From a bacterium (GTDB lineage: Bacteria; Lindowbacteria; 2-12-FULL-62-27): DNA of 64,000 bases. The stretch covers positions 3,781 through 67,780 of the forward strand of contig JACQOF010000127.1 of NCBI GenBank assembly GCA_016202645.1, in the 5' to 3' direction. The stretch's first letter is position 1. Every line of letters begins with the position of its first letter. Positions 50,659 through 59,345 of the stretch are shown piece by piece. Below the pieces are notes generated by a model. That model was not told the origin of the DNA, did not search any database, and was given only the letters and a program-made list of their open reading frames with translations. The position numbers and the translations under genes were made by a program.

Positions 50659-51168
50659 ATGGGACGAGGCAGAGCTTGCTGGCTGATGAAATCCGAACCG
50701 GGTGTTTTCTCGATCGAGAACCTCCAAGCGGCCAGGAATCAAACGGCCGGATGGGACGGGGTCCGGAACTATCAGGCGCGGAATTTTTTGAGAGACGACG
50801 TGAAGCCCGGCGACCGGGTGCTGTTCTACCACAGCAGTGTTGTCCCGCCCGGCATCGCGGGGGAGGCGGTGGTCGTCCGTGAGGGCTATCCCGATCCGAC
50901 CGCATGGAATCCCGAACACGCGCAATACGATCCGAACGGCTCGCCGGAAAATCCCATCTGGTACATGGTCGATGTCCGGTTCGTCCGATCCTGCCGGTTC
51001 ATCCCGCTGGACCGGCTCCGCCAAATTCCGGAACTGAAGAACATGGTTCTTCTCCGGCGCGGGACGCGTCTTTCCGTCCAGCCGGTGACGGCCGGCGAGT
51101 GGCGGGCGATCCGTGGGCTTCCGGAATGGGCGAACGCCGAAATTCAGGCGGCGGGAACGGACCGATGA
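50659..51168 (+). CDS. EVE domain protein
   Basis: WLMKSEP, WDGVRNYQARN, FYHS, RLSVQPV. Confidence 0.93.
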   Translation: MGRGRACWLMKSEPGVFSIENLQAARNQTAGWDGVRNYQARNFLRDDVKPGDRVLFYHSSVVPPGIAGEAVVVREGYPDPTAWNPEHAQYDPNGSPENPIWYMVDVRFVRSCRFIPLDRLRQIPELKNMVLLRRGTRLSVQPVTAGEWRAIRGLPEWANAEIQAAGTDR

Positions 51169-53504
51169 CCGTCAACAAATCCGACCTGAAAGCCTTGATG
51201 AGACGGATCGCGCGCGACAAGAGCCGGACGTTTGCGGTCGTCGGATCGCACTGGAGTCAAAAACACCGGCTGGTGGAGGAAGTTCTCCGAGGCCGGCTGA
51301 GCCGGTCTCCGGCCGGGGCGGTCGAAGTTCTGGATCCGACGCGGCCGCCTCTGACGCCGGCGGACCTTGCCCGGTGCGCGCGGCCGTTCCTGGACATCCC
51401 GGAACGCCGGGCCGGCGCGGCGAGACTCTGGGTGGAGCGTCTTCAGAAAAAATGTTCCCGAAATCCCCTCATCCTTGTCTTTCGGACGCCCGTCATCCTT
51501 TCTCCGGAGACGGAACGCCTTCTTCTGGACCTTCTCACGTCCTACAAACTATTTTGCCTGATCCTGGTCTTTGATCTCTCCTGGAAAAAAGAGCTGATCC
51601 CGAACCCCGGAAACCGGGAGGCCCGGCGAAACAACGAGCGGATCCTGCAGTGCATCGACACCGTCGGGCATCTGCTCCGTCAGGCCCGCCGGTGGGACGC
51701 GGCGCAAAATGTCTACGACTATCCAAGCCGAATTCTCTTCAAAATCCGCGACACTTTCTTCCGCGGCGTCATCTGCCTCAATCTGGCGACGCTCCTGCAG
51801 CGTCGGGCGCACGCCATCCGGCCGGCTCTGAAGCTTTATCGAAGAGGCATCGAAGACATCCGGCTGGCGGACCCGAACCACGAACTTCTGCGCGCGGCCT
51901 GCAACAACCTCGGCAACCTCTACATCTCGCTCGCAAAATACGCCGAGGCCGAGACGCAGTTCAAAATGGGACTGGAATACGCGCAACGGACCCAGGACGA
52001 TTACTCGATGGCGGTCGCCTACTCGAGTCTCGGCCGAAACTATATCCGCATGGGCGAACACGAAAAGGCCGAGGACGCGCTCTGGACCGCCGCCGTGCAT
52101 CTCATCCGGTCCACCCGCTACGACGGGGTCCACTATATCCTGAATTCCCTGGGCCAGATCGCGATTCACCGAAAACAGCCCCAGGAAGCCCTCGGATTTT
52201 TCCAACAGTCCCACCAGATTTCGAAACTGCTGCGCCATGCGGAGGCGATCGGCATGAGTTTGATGTACAGGGGCGTCGCCCTCGGGCGCCTCGACCGGGC
52301 GGCCCAGGCAAAAGAGTCCTTCGACGAGGCGCTGGAAATCTTCCGCAAACTTGGACGGCTCTACGACGCCGCCTTTACCCACCATTATTATTACCGGTTC
52401 GCCCTCCGCATCGGAGACGCCCAGCTGGCCCGGCGGCATTTCGACGCGGGACTCCGGCTGACCCTGGAAAATCACTTCGAGGATATGCGCGCCCTCTTCC
52501 GGAAGGCCCGGTTCCGGAAATTTTCTTTGGGAGAGAAATCGGAGGCGCCGGCGGCGCCCGCGGCGGTTGCCCCTCCGAAGGTCCCCGCGGCGGGGAAACC
52601 GTCCATGGAAATCCGGTTCTGGGGCACGCGCGGATCCATTCCAACATCGTCCGAACGACATACCCGCTACGGCGGCAACACGTCCTGCGTGTCGATCCGG
52701 ATCGGCGGCCGCCTCCTCATCCTCGACGCCGGAACCGGAATCCGGTTCCTTGGACAGGAAATCCTCAAAGACCCGTCCCTGGACCCGCGCCTGACGATCT
52801 TCATCAGCCATACCCACTGGGACCATATTCAGGGCTTTCCGTTTTTCACGCCGGCGTATCTTTCCAAATTCACGATCAACGTCTGGGGACCCGAACATTA
52901 CAACCGCACGATCGGCGAAGTCTTCCAGACCCAGATGCGCTATGAGTTCTTCCCGGTCCGTCTGGATTCCATGCGGGCGGACATTCATTTTTTTCGAACG
53001 CAGATGGGCGACCTTCAAACCGGCCTGCCCTGCCGCGTCAGCGCCTTTGTCCTCAATCATCCCGTCCTCATCTACGGGTACCGGATCGAACACGCCGGCC
53101 GCTCGGTCGTTTTCGCGACGGATTCGGAATGTCTCAGGCCCAACCGGCCGCCGCTGGTCAAGGGCCGGACGGCGCCGAACATCAAGGCCTATAATTTTCT
53201 GGCCGAAATCGTGAACCGGCGCCTCGATCCATTCTTCGCCAACGCCGATCTGCTCATCTGCGACGCCCAGTACACCGAACAGGAAATCGAGGACAAAACC
53301 GGCTGGGGACACAGCACCCTCAATGACGCGTTGGACCTCGCCACCCGAAGCCGCGCCAGGCGACTCGTCCTCTTCCACCACGACCCGACGCACGAAGATC
53401 GCCAGATCGAGGAAATGGAAGCCACCATCCGCAAAACCGCCCACAAACGCCGCATCCCCGTACAAATCGAAGCCGCGAGGGAAGGCCGTGTGATCCGGGT
53501 TTAA
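51165..53504 (+). CDS. Degenerate STAND-like NTPase + TPR + MBL-fold hydrolase fusion
   Basis: ATG 51165 overlaps the EVE stop; TPRs (ACNNLGNLY, AYSSLGRNY, ILNSLGQIA); RFWGTRGS, YGGNTSC, SHTHWDHIQG, GWGHS, FHHDP. Confidence 0.8.
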   Translation: MTVNKSDLKALMRRIARDKSRTFAVVGSHWSQKHRLVEEVLRGRLSRSPAGAVEVLDPTRPPLTPADLARCARPFLDIPERRAGAARLWVERLQKKCSRNPLILVFRTPVILSPETERLLLDLLTSYKLFCLILVFDLSWKKELIPNPGNREARRNNERILQCIDTVGHLLRQARRWDAAQNVYDYPSRILFKIRDTFFRGVICLNLATLLQRRAHAIRPALKLYRRGIEDIRLADPNHELLRAACNNLGNLYISLAKYAEAETQFKMGLEYAQRTQDDYSMAVAYSSLGRNYIRMGEHEKAEDALWTAAVHLIRSTRYDGVHYILNSLGQIAIHRKQPQEALGFFQQSHQISKLLRHAEAIGMSLMYRGVALGRLDRAAQAKESFDEALEIFRKLGRLYDAAFTHHYYYRFALRIGDAQLARRHFDAGLRLTLENHFEDMRALFRKARFRKFSLGEKSEAPAAPAAVAPPKVPAAGKPSMEIRFWGTRGSIPTSSERHTRYGGNTSCVSIRIGGRLLILDAGTGIRFLGQEILKDPSLDPRLTIFISHTHWDHIQGFPFFTPAYLSKFTINVWGPEHYNRTIGEVFQTQMRYEFFPVRLDSMRADIHFFRTQMGDLQTGLPCRVSAFVLNHPVLIYGYRIEHAGRSVVFATDSECLRPNRPPLVKGRTAPNIKAYNFLAEIVNRRLDPFFANADLLICDAQYTEQEIEDKTGWGHSTLNDALDLATRSRARRLVLFHHDPTHEDRQIEEMEATIRKTAHKRRIPVQIEAAREGRVIRV

Positions 53505-53513
53505 AGTAAGGGT

Positions 53514-53596
53514 GGATTGGGATTGGATTGGGATTGGGGCCGGGTATTGACATTATTGACATTCCGAATGTCAATAATGTCAATACCCGGCCCCAA
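53514..53596. repeat. Perfect 63-bp palindrome preceded by GGATT(G) stutters
   Basis: 31-bp arms at 53534-53564 and 53566-53596; lies between convergent genes. Confidence 0.9.
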
Positions 53597-53612
53597 ATGG
53601 CCATACTTTCCC

Positions 53613-56204
53613 CTAACCGGCGATCAGTTTTCTGACAGTCGAGAGCGCTCGGTCCAGGTTTGCGGCGTCTTTGCCGCCGGCTTGCGCGAAGTCCGGGCGG
53701 CCGCCGCCTTTGCCGCCAACCGCCGCCGCGGCTTCCGCGATGATTTTTCCGGCGTGGATTTTGTCGGTGAAATTTTTGGGGACGGCCATGACGAGTTGCG
53801 CGACGCCGCCCGATCGGGCGGCCAGGAAAACCGGGCCGGAGATTTTGTCCCGGAGACGTTCGGCCAGGCCCCGGAGGGTTTCCATGTCGAGGTCGCCGGC
53901 GTCGGCGACGATGAAGTTCAGATCGCCACGCGTTTCCTTTCCCGCCAGAAAATCGTCCGGCGACGGGCCGCCGCCGCGTTTGGCCTCCTTCAACTTCTTT
54001 TCAAGGTCCTTCTTCTCCTTCTGGATTTTTTCGACGAAGGCCGGCACGTCGGCGATCGGCACTTTAAGGGCTGATTCCGCGTCGCGGATGCGCCCGGCCA
54101 TCGCCTGCACGTGCTCGACGGCGGCGCGGCCCGTCACGGCGACGATCCGGCGGGTACCGGCGGCGATGGCGGTCTCGGAGACGATTTTGAAGAGGCCGAT
54201 TTCGCCCGTGGCCGCGCAGTGCGTGCCGCCGCAAAGTTCCACGGACTCGCCGGATCCCACGGTGACGACACGGACGCGGTCGCCGTATTTTTCGTCGAAG
54301 AGCATCATCGCGCCGGTCCCACGGGCCTTCTCCATCGTCATTTCGTCCACCCGCACCGGAAGATTTTTCAGGATGAGGTCGTTGACCTGAAGTTCCACCT
54401 CGGCGGCGCGGTCGCCGAGGCCGGACTTGGCCGTGAAATCGAACCGCAACAGGTCCGGCGACACCAGCGAGCCGGCTTGATGGACGCTCTCGCCGAGAAG
54501 GCCCCGCAGGACTGCGTGGAGAAGATGCGTCCCGGTATGATTCCTCAGGATGGCGGCGCGGCGCGCGGGGTCGACTTCCAGACGTATCGGCCGGCCCGTT
54601 TGGATACGGCCTTTCGATATTTTCGAGCGGTGAACCGACACGACGCCGACCGGCATGCAGGATTCGACGACGACTTCGGCCTCGCTTGACCGGGCAATGC
54701 CGCTGTCGCCGACCTGGCCGCCACGCTCGGCGTAGAAGGGCGTGCGGTCAAACACGATTTCGACGGATTCGCCTTCCGCCGCCGATTCGACAAACGCGCC
54801 GGCCTTCACGATCTTCACCACTCTCGCATCGACCGACAGTTTTTCATAACCGTCGAAAACGGTCGCCTCCGGGATCGAGACGAAAATCGCCTCGGCGCCG
54901 CCGTGGTCCGCCTCCCAGGCCGCGCGCGCGCGGGTCTTTTGCGCGTCCATCTCGCGGGTGAATCCCGCAAGATCCACCGAACAGCCCTGCTCCAGCAGGA
55001 CCTCCTGGGTGAGGTCGAGCGGGAAGCCATAGGTGTCGAACAACTCGAAGGCTGTCCCGCCCGGGAGGATCTTGCGGCCGTCCTTTCGAAGATCCGCCAC
55101 GGCGCGCGTGAGCCGTTCCAGGCCGACGTCGAGTGTCTTCGCGAAGCGCTCCTCCTCCGCGCGCAGTTCTGATTCGATCTGTTTGCTCTCCTTTCGGAGT
55201 TCCCCGTACGGATCGACGAACATCTCGACGACGCGCGGCGCCAGCTTGTAGAGCGCGGGGCCCGACACGCCGAGTTTGTGCATCGCCGCGGCGGCGCGCC
55301 GGATGAGGCGCCGGACGACGTAGCCGCGGTCCTCGTTGGACGGCCGGGCGCCGTCGGCGAGCAGAAATGAAACCGCCCGCGTGTGATCGGCGATGACGTT
55401 CAGGGCAACACGCCGCGCCCGACCGGTCACGCCTCCGGTCGAGAGAGCTTCGGCGGCTTCGATCAGCGGGTACAGGAGGTCGGTGTCGAAATTGGATTTT
55501 TTGTTCTGGAGGATCGCCGCGAGCCGCTCCAGACCCATGCCGGTGTCGATGTTTTTTTTGGGCAGGGGATGGAGTTTGCCGTCGGCCTGGTTGTATTCCA
55601 TGAAGACGAGATTCCAGACTTCGAGGTACCGGTCGCAGTCGCACCCCGGCGCGCAGTCGGGCTTGCCGCAGGAAAACTCCGGACCCTGATCGTATAACAA
55701 TTCTGAGCACGGTCCACAGGGGCCGGTCGGGCCGACTTCCCAGAAATTGCCCTCCTTGCCGAGACGGATGATCCGGTCCTCCTTCAGGCCCGCGATTTCC
55801 TTCCACAGACGGAAAGACTCCTCGTCCTCGCGGTAGATGGAGGCGTAGAGGCGGTCTTTCGGAAGCGACAGCGCGCCCGTCAAGAATTCCCAGGCCCAGC
55901 CGATCGCCTCGCGCTTGAAATAATCGCCGAAGGAAAAATTCCCGAGCATTTCGAAAAAGGTGAGGTGCCGGGCGGTCGTGCCGACTTTTTCGATGTCGTT
56001 CGTCCGGATGCATTTCTGGCTGGTCGTGGCGCGGGGATGCGGCGGGGCGACTTCGCCCAGGAAATAGGGCTTGAACGGCACCATGCCGGCGATGTTGAAG
56101 AGGAGCGTCTTGTCGCGCGGGAGAAGAGAGGCGCTGGGCATAACCGCGTGGCCGCGTTTTTCAAAAAAGGCCAGAAAAGTCTTGCGAAGGTCGGATCCCC
56201 TCAT
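53613..56204 (-). CDS. alaS: Alanine-tRNA ligase
   Basis: AGMVPFK, HLTFFEMLGNFSFGDYFK, DTGMGLER, HTGTHLL, ELCGGTH, GGGRPDFAQAGG. Confidence 0.98.
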   Translation of the reverse strand: MRGSDLRKTFLAFFEKRGHAVMPSASLLPRDKTLLFNIAGMVPFKPYFLGEVAPPHPRATTSQKCIRTNDIEKVGTTARHLTFFEMLGNFSFGDYFKREAIGWAWEFLTGALSLPKDRLYASIYREDEESFRLWKEIAGLKEDRIIRLGKEGNFWEVGPTGPCGPCSELLYDQGPEFSCGKPDCAPGCDCDRYLEVWNLVFMEYNQADGKLHPLPKKNIDTGMGLERLAAILQNKKSNFDTDLLYPLIEAAEALSTGGVTGRARRVALNVIADHTRAVSFLLADGARPSNEDRGYVVRRLIRRAAAAMHKLGVSGPALYKLAPRVVEMFVDPYGELRKESKQIESELRAEEERFAKTLDVGLERLTRAVADLRKDGRKILPGGTAFELFDTYGFPLDLTQEVLLEQGCSVDLAGFTREMDAQKTRARAAWEADHGGAEAIFVSIPEATVFDGYEKLSVDARVVKIVKAGAFVESAAEGESVEIVFDRTPFYAERGGQVGDSGIARSSEAEVVVESCMPVGVVSVHRSKISKGRIQTGRPIRLEVDPARRAAILRNHTGTHLLHAVLRGLLGESVHQAGSLVSPDLLRFDFTAKSGLGDRAAEVELQVNDLILKNLPVRVDEMTMEKARGTGAMMLFDEKYGDRVRVVTVGSGESVELCGGTHCAATGEIGLFKIVSETAIAAGTRRIVAVTGRAAVEHVQAMAGRIRDAESALKVPIADVPAFVEKIQKEKKDLEKKLKEAKRGGGPSPDDFLAGKETRGDLNFIVADAGDLDMETLRGLAERLRDKISGPVFLAARSGGVAQLVMAVPKNFTDKIHAGKIIAEAAAAVGGKGGGRPDFAQAGGKDAANLDRALSTVRKLIAG

Positions 56205-56206
56205 GG

Positions 56207-56303
56207 AACACGAATGACACGAATCAAACGAATGAGACGAATAAAAAATTTACCTGCCCATGAGAATATTCGTGACATTCGAACCATTCGTGCCATTCGT
56301 GTT
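56207..56303. repeat. Inverted array of 9-mer (ACACGAATN) tandem repeats
   Basis: Four ACGAAT units facing four ATTCG(T) units. Confidence 0.85.
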
Positions 56304-56310
56304 AGGCGGG

Positions 56311-57417
56311 CTATTTGAACAACAGGATGGCAACCACGAGAAAGAGCAGGATGACAACCCCGACCGCGCCGAAAACGGCGACCCAGGTCGACATCGGAGC
56401 GCCGCCGATCTTGACCTGCACGGGGTTCTCCCCGTCAAACTTCTGCATCTGGGGCGTCTGGATGGTTTTCATGGCGTTGAGATAGGCGCGGTCGTAGTTG
56501 GTGCAGAGCCGAAGAGACGAGCGAATCCGGCCGTAGGCCATGGTGCCGTCGGGGAGATTCACGACGAGAACGCCGAAATCGTCCTCAAGGCGGGACAGAG
56601 TGACCCGGCCCTCGGAGAAGACGCCGGAGGGGCGCTTGATCCAGATGACGCCGCCCAGCTCGATTTCCCGGAAAGACTTTCCGTTGACGATGTCCAGTAC
56701 CGGCGTGAACTTTTCCATCCCCCGGAATTCCTCCGGGACGTCGGCGTCCGATTCCGGGGCGGGCGCGCCCGGGATTCCCGTGTCGACGGCGTAGCGGTAC
56801 AGCTGAATTTGTTTGGCCTCCCAGAACTTGTCCTTGACAAAAAGCCCCTTGTCGCCGAGGGTGTCGAGCGTGGCCTGCGTGATGAGGACCTCGCCGCCGC
56901 GGCCCTCCTTCTGAAGATGCCCGGCGGTGTCGATGACGGCGTCGAAAAGTTCCCCGATACTGCGGCTCTTGTCGATGAGGACGCGACCGGTATTGAGGCC
57001 GATCCGGAGGACCATCGGTTTTTTGAGGCGGTTGACGATCTGATTGAACTCGGGCATCCCGGTCTGGATTTTGATGGCGGCTTTGCAGGCGGCGCCGGCG
57101 TCGTCGAAGACGCACATGATGCCGTCCCCGGCGGTCTCGTGGACCTGGCCGGCGTTTTCCTCGGTGGCGCGCCGCACGAGCTGGTGATAGCCGTCGAAGG
57201 TCAAAAACACGTCATCCTGGTTTTTGCCCTTCTTGAGATCGGCAGACTTCTGAACGTCGATCGCCATGAACGTCTTCTCGCGAAAATACTCATCCTGAAT
57301 CTTCGCGTCCAGATCGACTTTCTGCTTCAAGAGGTCGGCAAGCCCGGCCTGCGGCGCGGTCCGGGAGGACGCGCCTCCGCCTTCCTGCCCCAGCGTGTTC
57401 GGTTGACTCAAAGCCAA
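56311..57417 (-). CDS. Class III nucleotide cyclase-like protein with C-terminal TM anchor
   Basis: FMAIDVQKS, ETAGDGIM, LRIGLNTG, DTAGHLQ, VLITQAT. Confidence 0.8.
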   Translation of the reverse strand: MALSQPNTLGQEGGGASSRTAPQAGLADLLKQKVDLDAKIQDEYFREKTFMAIDVQKSADLKKGKNQDDVFLTFDGYHQLVRRATEENAGQVHETAGDGIMCVFDDAGAACKAAIKIQTGMPEFNQIVNRLKKPMVLRIGLNTGRVLIDKSRSIGELFDAVIDTAGHLQKEGRGGEVLITQATLDTLGDKGLFVKDKFWEAKQIQLYRYAVDTGIPGAPAPESDADVPEEFRGMEKFTPVLDIVNGKSFREIELGGVIWIKRPSGVFSEGRVTLSRLEDDFGVLVVNLPDGTMAYGRIRSSLRLCTNYDRAYLNAMKTIQTPQMQKFDGENPVQVKIGGAPMSTWVAVFGAVGVVILLFLVVAILLFK

Positions 57418-57497
57418 TGCCTCCCTGCTGTCAAAGTCCGCTCTCGATCAGGGAATTATACCGAAAAGAGGCGCACGCCGCAAGGAATTTCTGTTGC

Positions 57498-57577
57498 CCG
57501 GTAACCGGTAACCGGTAACCGGTAATCGGTGACCGGTCATCAGGTTTACCAGTTACCGATTACCGGTTACCGGTTAC
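57498..57577. repeat. Inverted array of 7-mer (CGGTAAC) tandem repeats
   Basis: CCGGTAA repeats facing TTACCGG repeats downstream of fabF. Confidence 0.85.
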
Positions 57578-57597
57578 TGACAGGACGCAACCGGTCG

Positions 57598-58833
57598 TCA
57601 GAAATATTTCTTGAACACCACAGTCGCATTATGCCCTCCAAACCCAAACGCATTCGAAATCGCGTGGGTGATGGGGTGGGCGGCTTTGACATTCGGCGTG
57701 TAGTTTAGATCGCAGTCCGGGTCCGGGTTCGTGTAGTTGATCGTCGGCGGCACGACGCCCTCGCGCATCGCCATGACGGCCGCGACGGCTTCGACGGCCG
57801 CGCCCGCGCCGAGCAGGTGGCCGTGGACGGATTTGGTCGAGCTGATGCGGACTTGCCGGGCGTGCTCCCCGAAGACGTCCTTGAGGGCGGCGGTCTCGGC
57901 CTTGTCGTTCAGCTGGGTCGACGTGCCGTGGGCGTTGATGTAGTCGATGTCCGTAGGCTTGAGTCCCGCGTCCGCCAGCGCCAGGCGCATGACGCTCCGG
58001 GCGCCGTCGCCGTCCGGGCACGGCGCTGTGATGTGGTGGGCGTCGCTGTTGGCGGCGTACCCGATGATTTCGGCCAGAATCGGCGCGCCGCGGCGCCGGG
58101 CGGTTTCAAACTCCTCCAACACCAGCGCGCCGGCGCCTTCCGAAAGAACAAACCCGTCACGGCCCTTGTCGAAGGGCCGGCTGGCCTCCTGGGGAGCGTC
58201 GTTTCGGGTCGAGAGCGCGCGCATGATGGAAAATCCCGCCAGAGAAATATGCGTGATGCCGGCTTCGCTCGCGCCCACGATCATCGCGTCGGCGTCGCCG
58301 CACTGGATGGTCCGAAGGCCAAACCCGATGCAGTGGTTGCCGGTGGTGCAGGCCGACACCATCGACGTATTGGGGCCTTTAAAGCCGTGCCGGATGGCGA
58401 TCTCGCCGGCGGCGATGTTGACGATCATCATGGGAATGAGAAAGGGATTCACGCGTCGCGGGCCGTTTTCCAGAAGCCGCTTGTGCTGTTCCTCGATCGT
58501 CGAAAACCCGCCCATGCCCGACCCGAAGACCACGCCGATCCGGTCCTTCGGGACGCCGCCGTCGATCCGCGAGCCGGTCACAGCCTCGCGGCAGGCCACA
58601 AGCGCAAACTGCGCGAACCGGTCCAGCCGGCGGGCCTCGACTTTCTCAAAAAAATTCAACGGATTAAAATCGGAAATCTCGCCGCCAAACCGCGTCGGAT
58701 ACGGCGCCGGATCGAGAATCGTGATGGTCTTGATCCCGCTTTTGCCCTCCCGCACCGACTCCCAGAACGCCGGCACGCCGATCCCGCATGGCGCAATAAC
58801 GCCCATGCCGGTGATGACGACGCGCCGTTTCAT
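57598..58833 (-). CDS. fabF: Beta-ketoacyl-ACP synthase II
   Basis: RRVVITGMG, SACTTG, NAHGTST, KSVHGHLLGA, FGFGGHN. Confidence 0.96.
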   Translation of the reverse strand: MKRRVVITGMGVIAPCGIGVPAFWESVREGKSGIKTITILDPAPYPTRFGGEISDFNPLNFFEKVEARRLDRFAQFALVACREAVTGSRIDGGVPKDRIGVVFGSGMGGFSTIEEQHKRLLENGPRRVNPFLIPMMIVNIAAGEIAIRHGFKGPNTSMVSACTTGNHCIGFGLRTIQCGDADAMIVGASEAGITHISLAGFSIMRALSTRNDAPQEASRPFDKGRDGFVLSEGAGALVLEEFETARRRGAPILAEIIGYAANSDAHHITAPCPDGDGARSVMRLALADAGLKPTDIDYINAHGTSTQLNDKAETAALKDVFGEHARQVRISSTKSVHGHLLGAGAAVEAVAAVMAMREGVVPPTINYTNPDPDCDLNYTPNVKAAHPITHAISNAFGFGGHNATVVFKKYF

Positions 58834-58873
58834 GATTGTGCTATTGGCTGATAGCTAATGGCCAATGGCGACG

Positions 58874-59131
58874 TTACGAATTGTGCGACGACGCCAGACA
58901 GGATTCGACAAACAGGACAACACGGCCCACGGTCGTGAGCTTCTCGATCTGGTCGTCCGGGATCTTGAGGTTGAATTCCTCCTCGACCGCGAGCACCAGC
59001 TCCGTCAGCTCGAGGGAATCCGCGCCGAGATCGTCCAGAAAAGAGGCGGTCTCGGTGATTTTATCCTTTTTCACGTCCAGACGGTCAAGCACAATCGCCC
59101 GGACGCGCTGTAAAATCTCGTCATGCGTCAC
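58874..59131 (-). CDS. acpP: Acyl carrier protein
   Basis: DLGADSLELTELVLAVEEEF; upstream of fabF. Confidence 0.93.
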   Translation of the reverse strand: MTHDEILQRVRAIVLDRLDVKKDKITETASFLDDLGADSLELTELVLAVEEEFNLKIPDDQIEKLTTVGRVVLFVESCLASSHNS

Positions 59132-59220
59132 GTCAAATCTCCTTGGTTGATGAAATTGTCCACGCCCCGGAGGAATCCTACGTTTATTGGGGGGGGGCTG
59201 TCAACAAAAAACGAAAGGGA

Positions 59221-59328
59221 AGGGAGAGAGGGAGAAAGGGAGATAGGGAGAGAGGTTAAACATATCTTCAGAAATGCTGTCTTCCGGTTCCCGACTTTCT
59301 CCCTTTCTCCCTCTCTCCCTTTCTCCCT
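59221..59328. repeat. Inverted 8-mer (AGGGAGAR) array element, copy 1
   Basis: Purine arm, AGGTTAAACATATC, spacer, pyrimidine arm; homologous to 61210-61344 in opposite orientation. Confidence 0.85.
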
Positions 59329-59345
59329 GCTCCAGTTCGGTTGTT

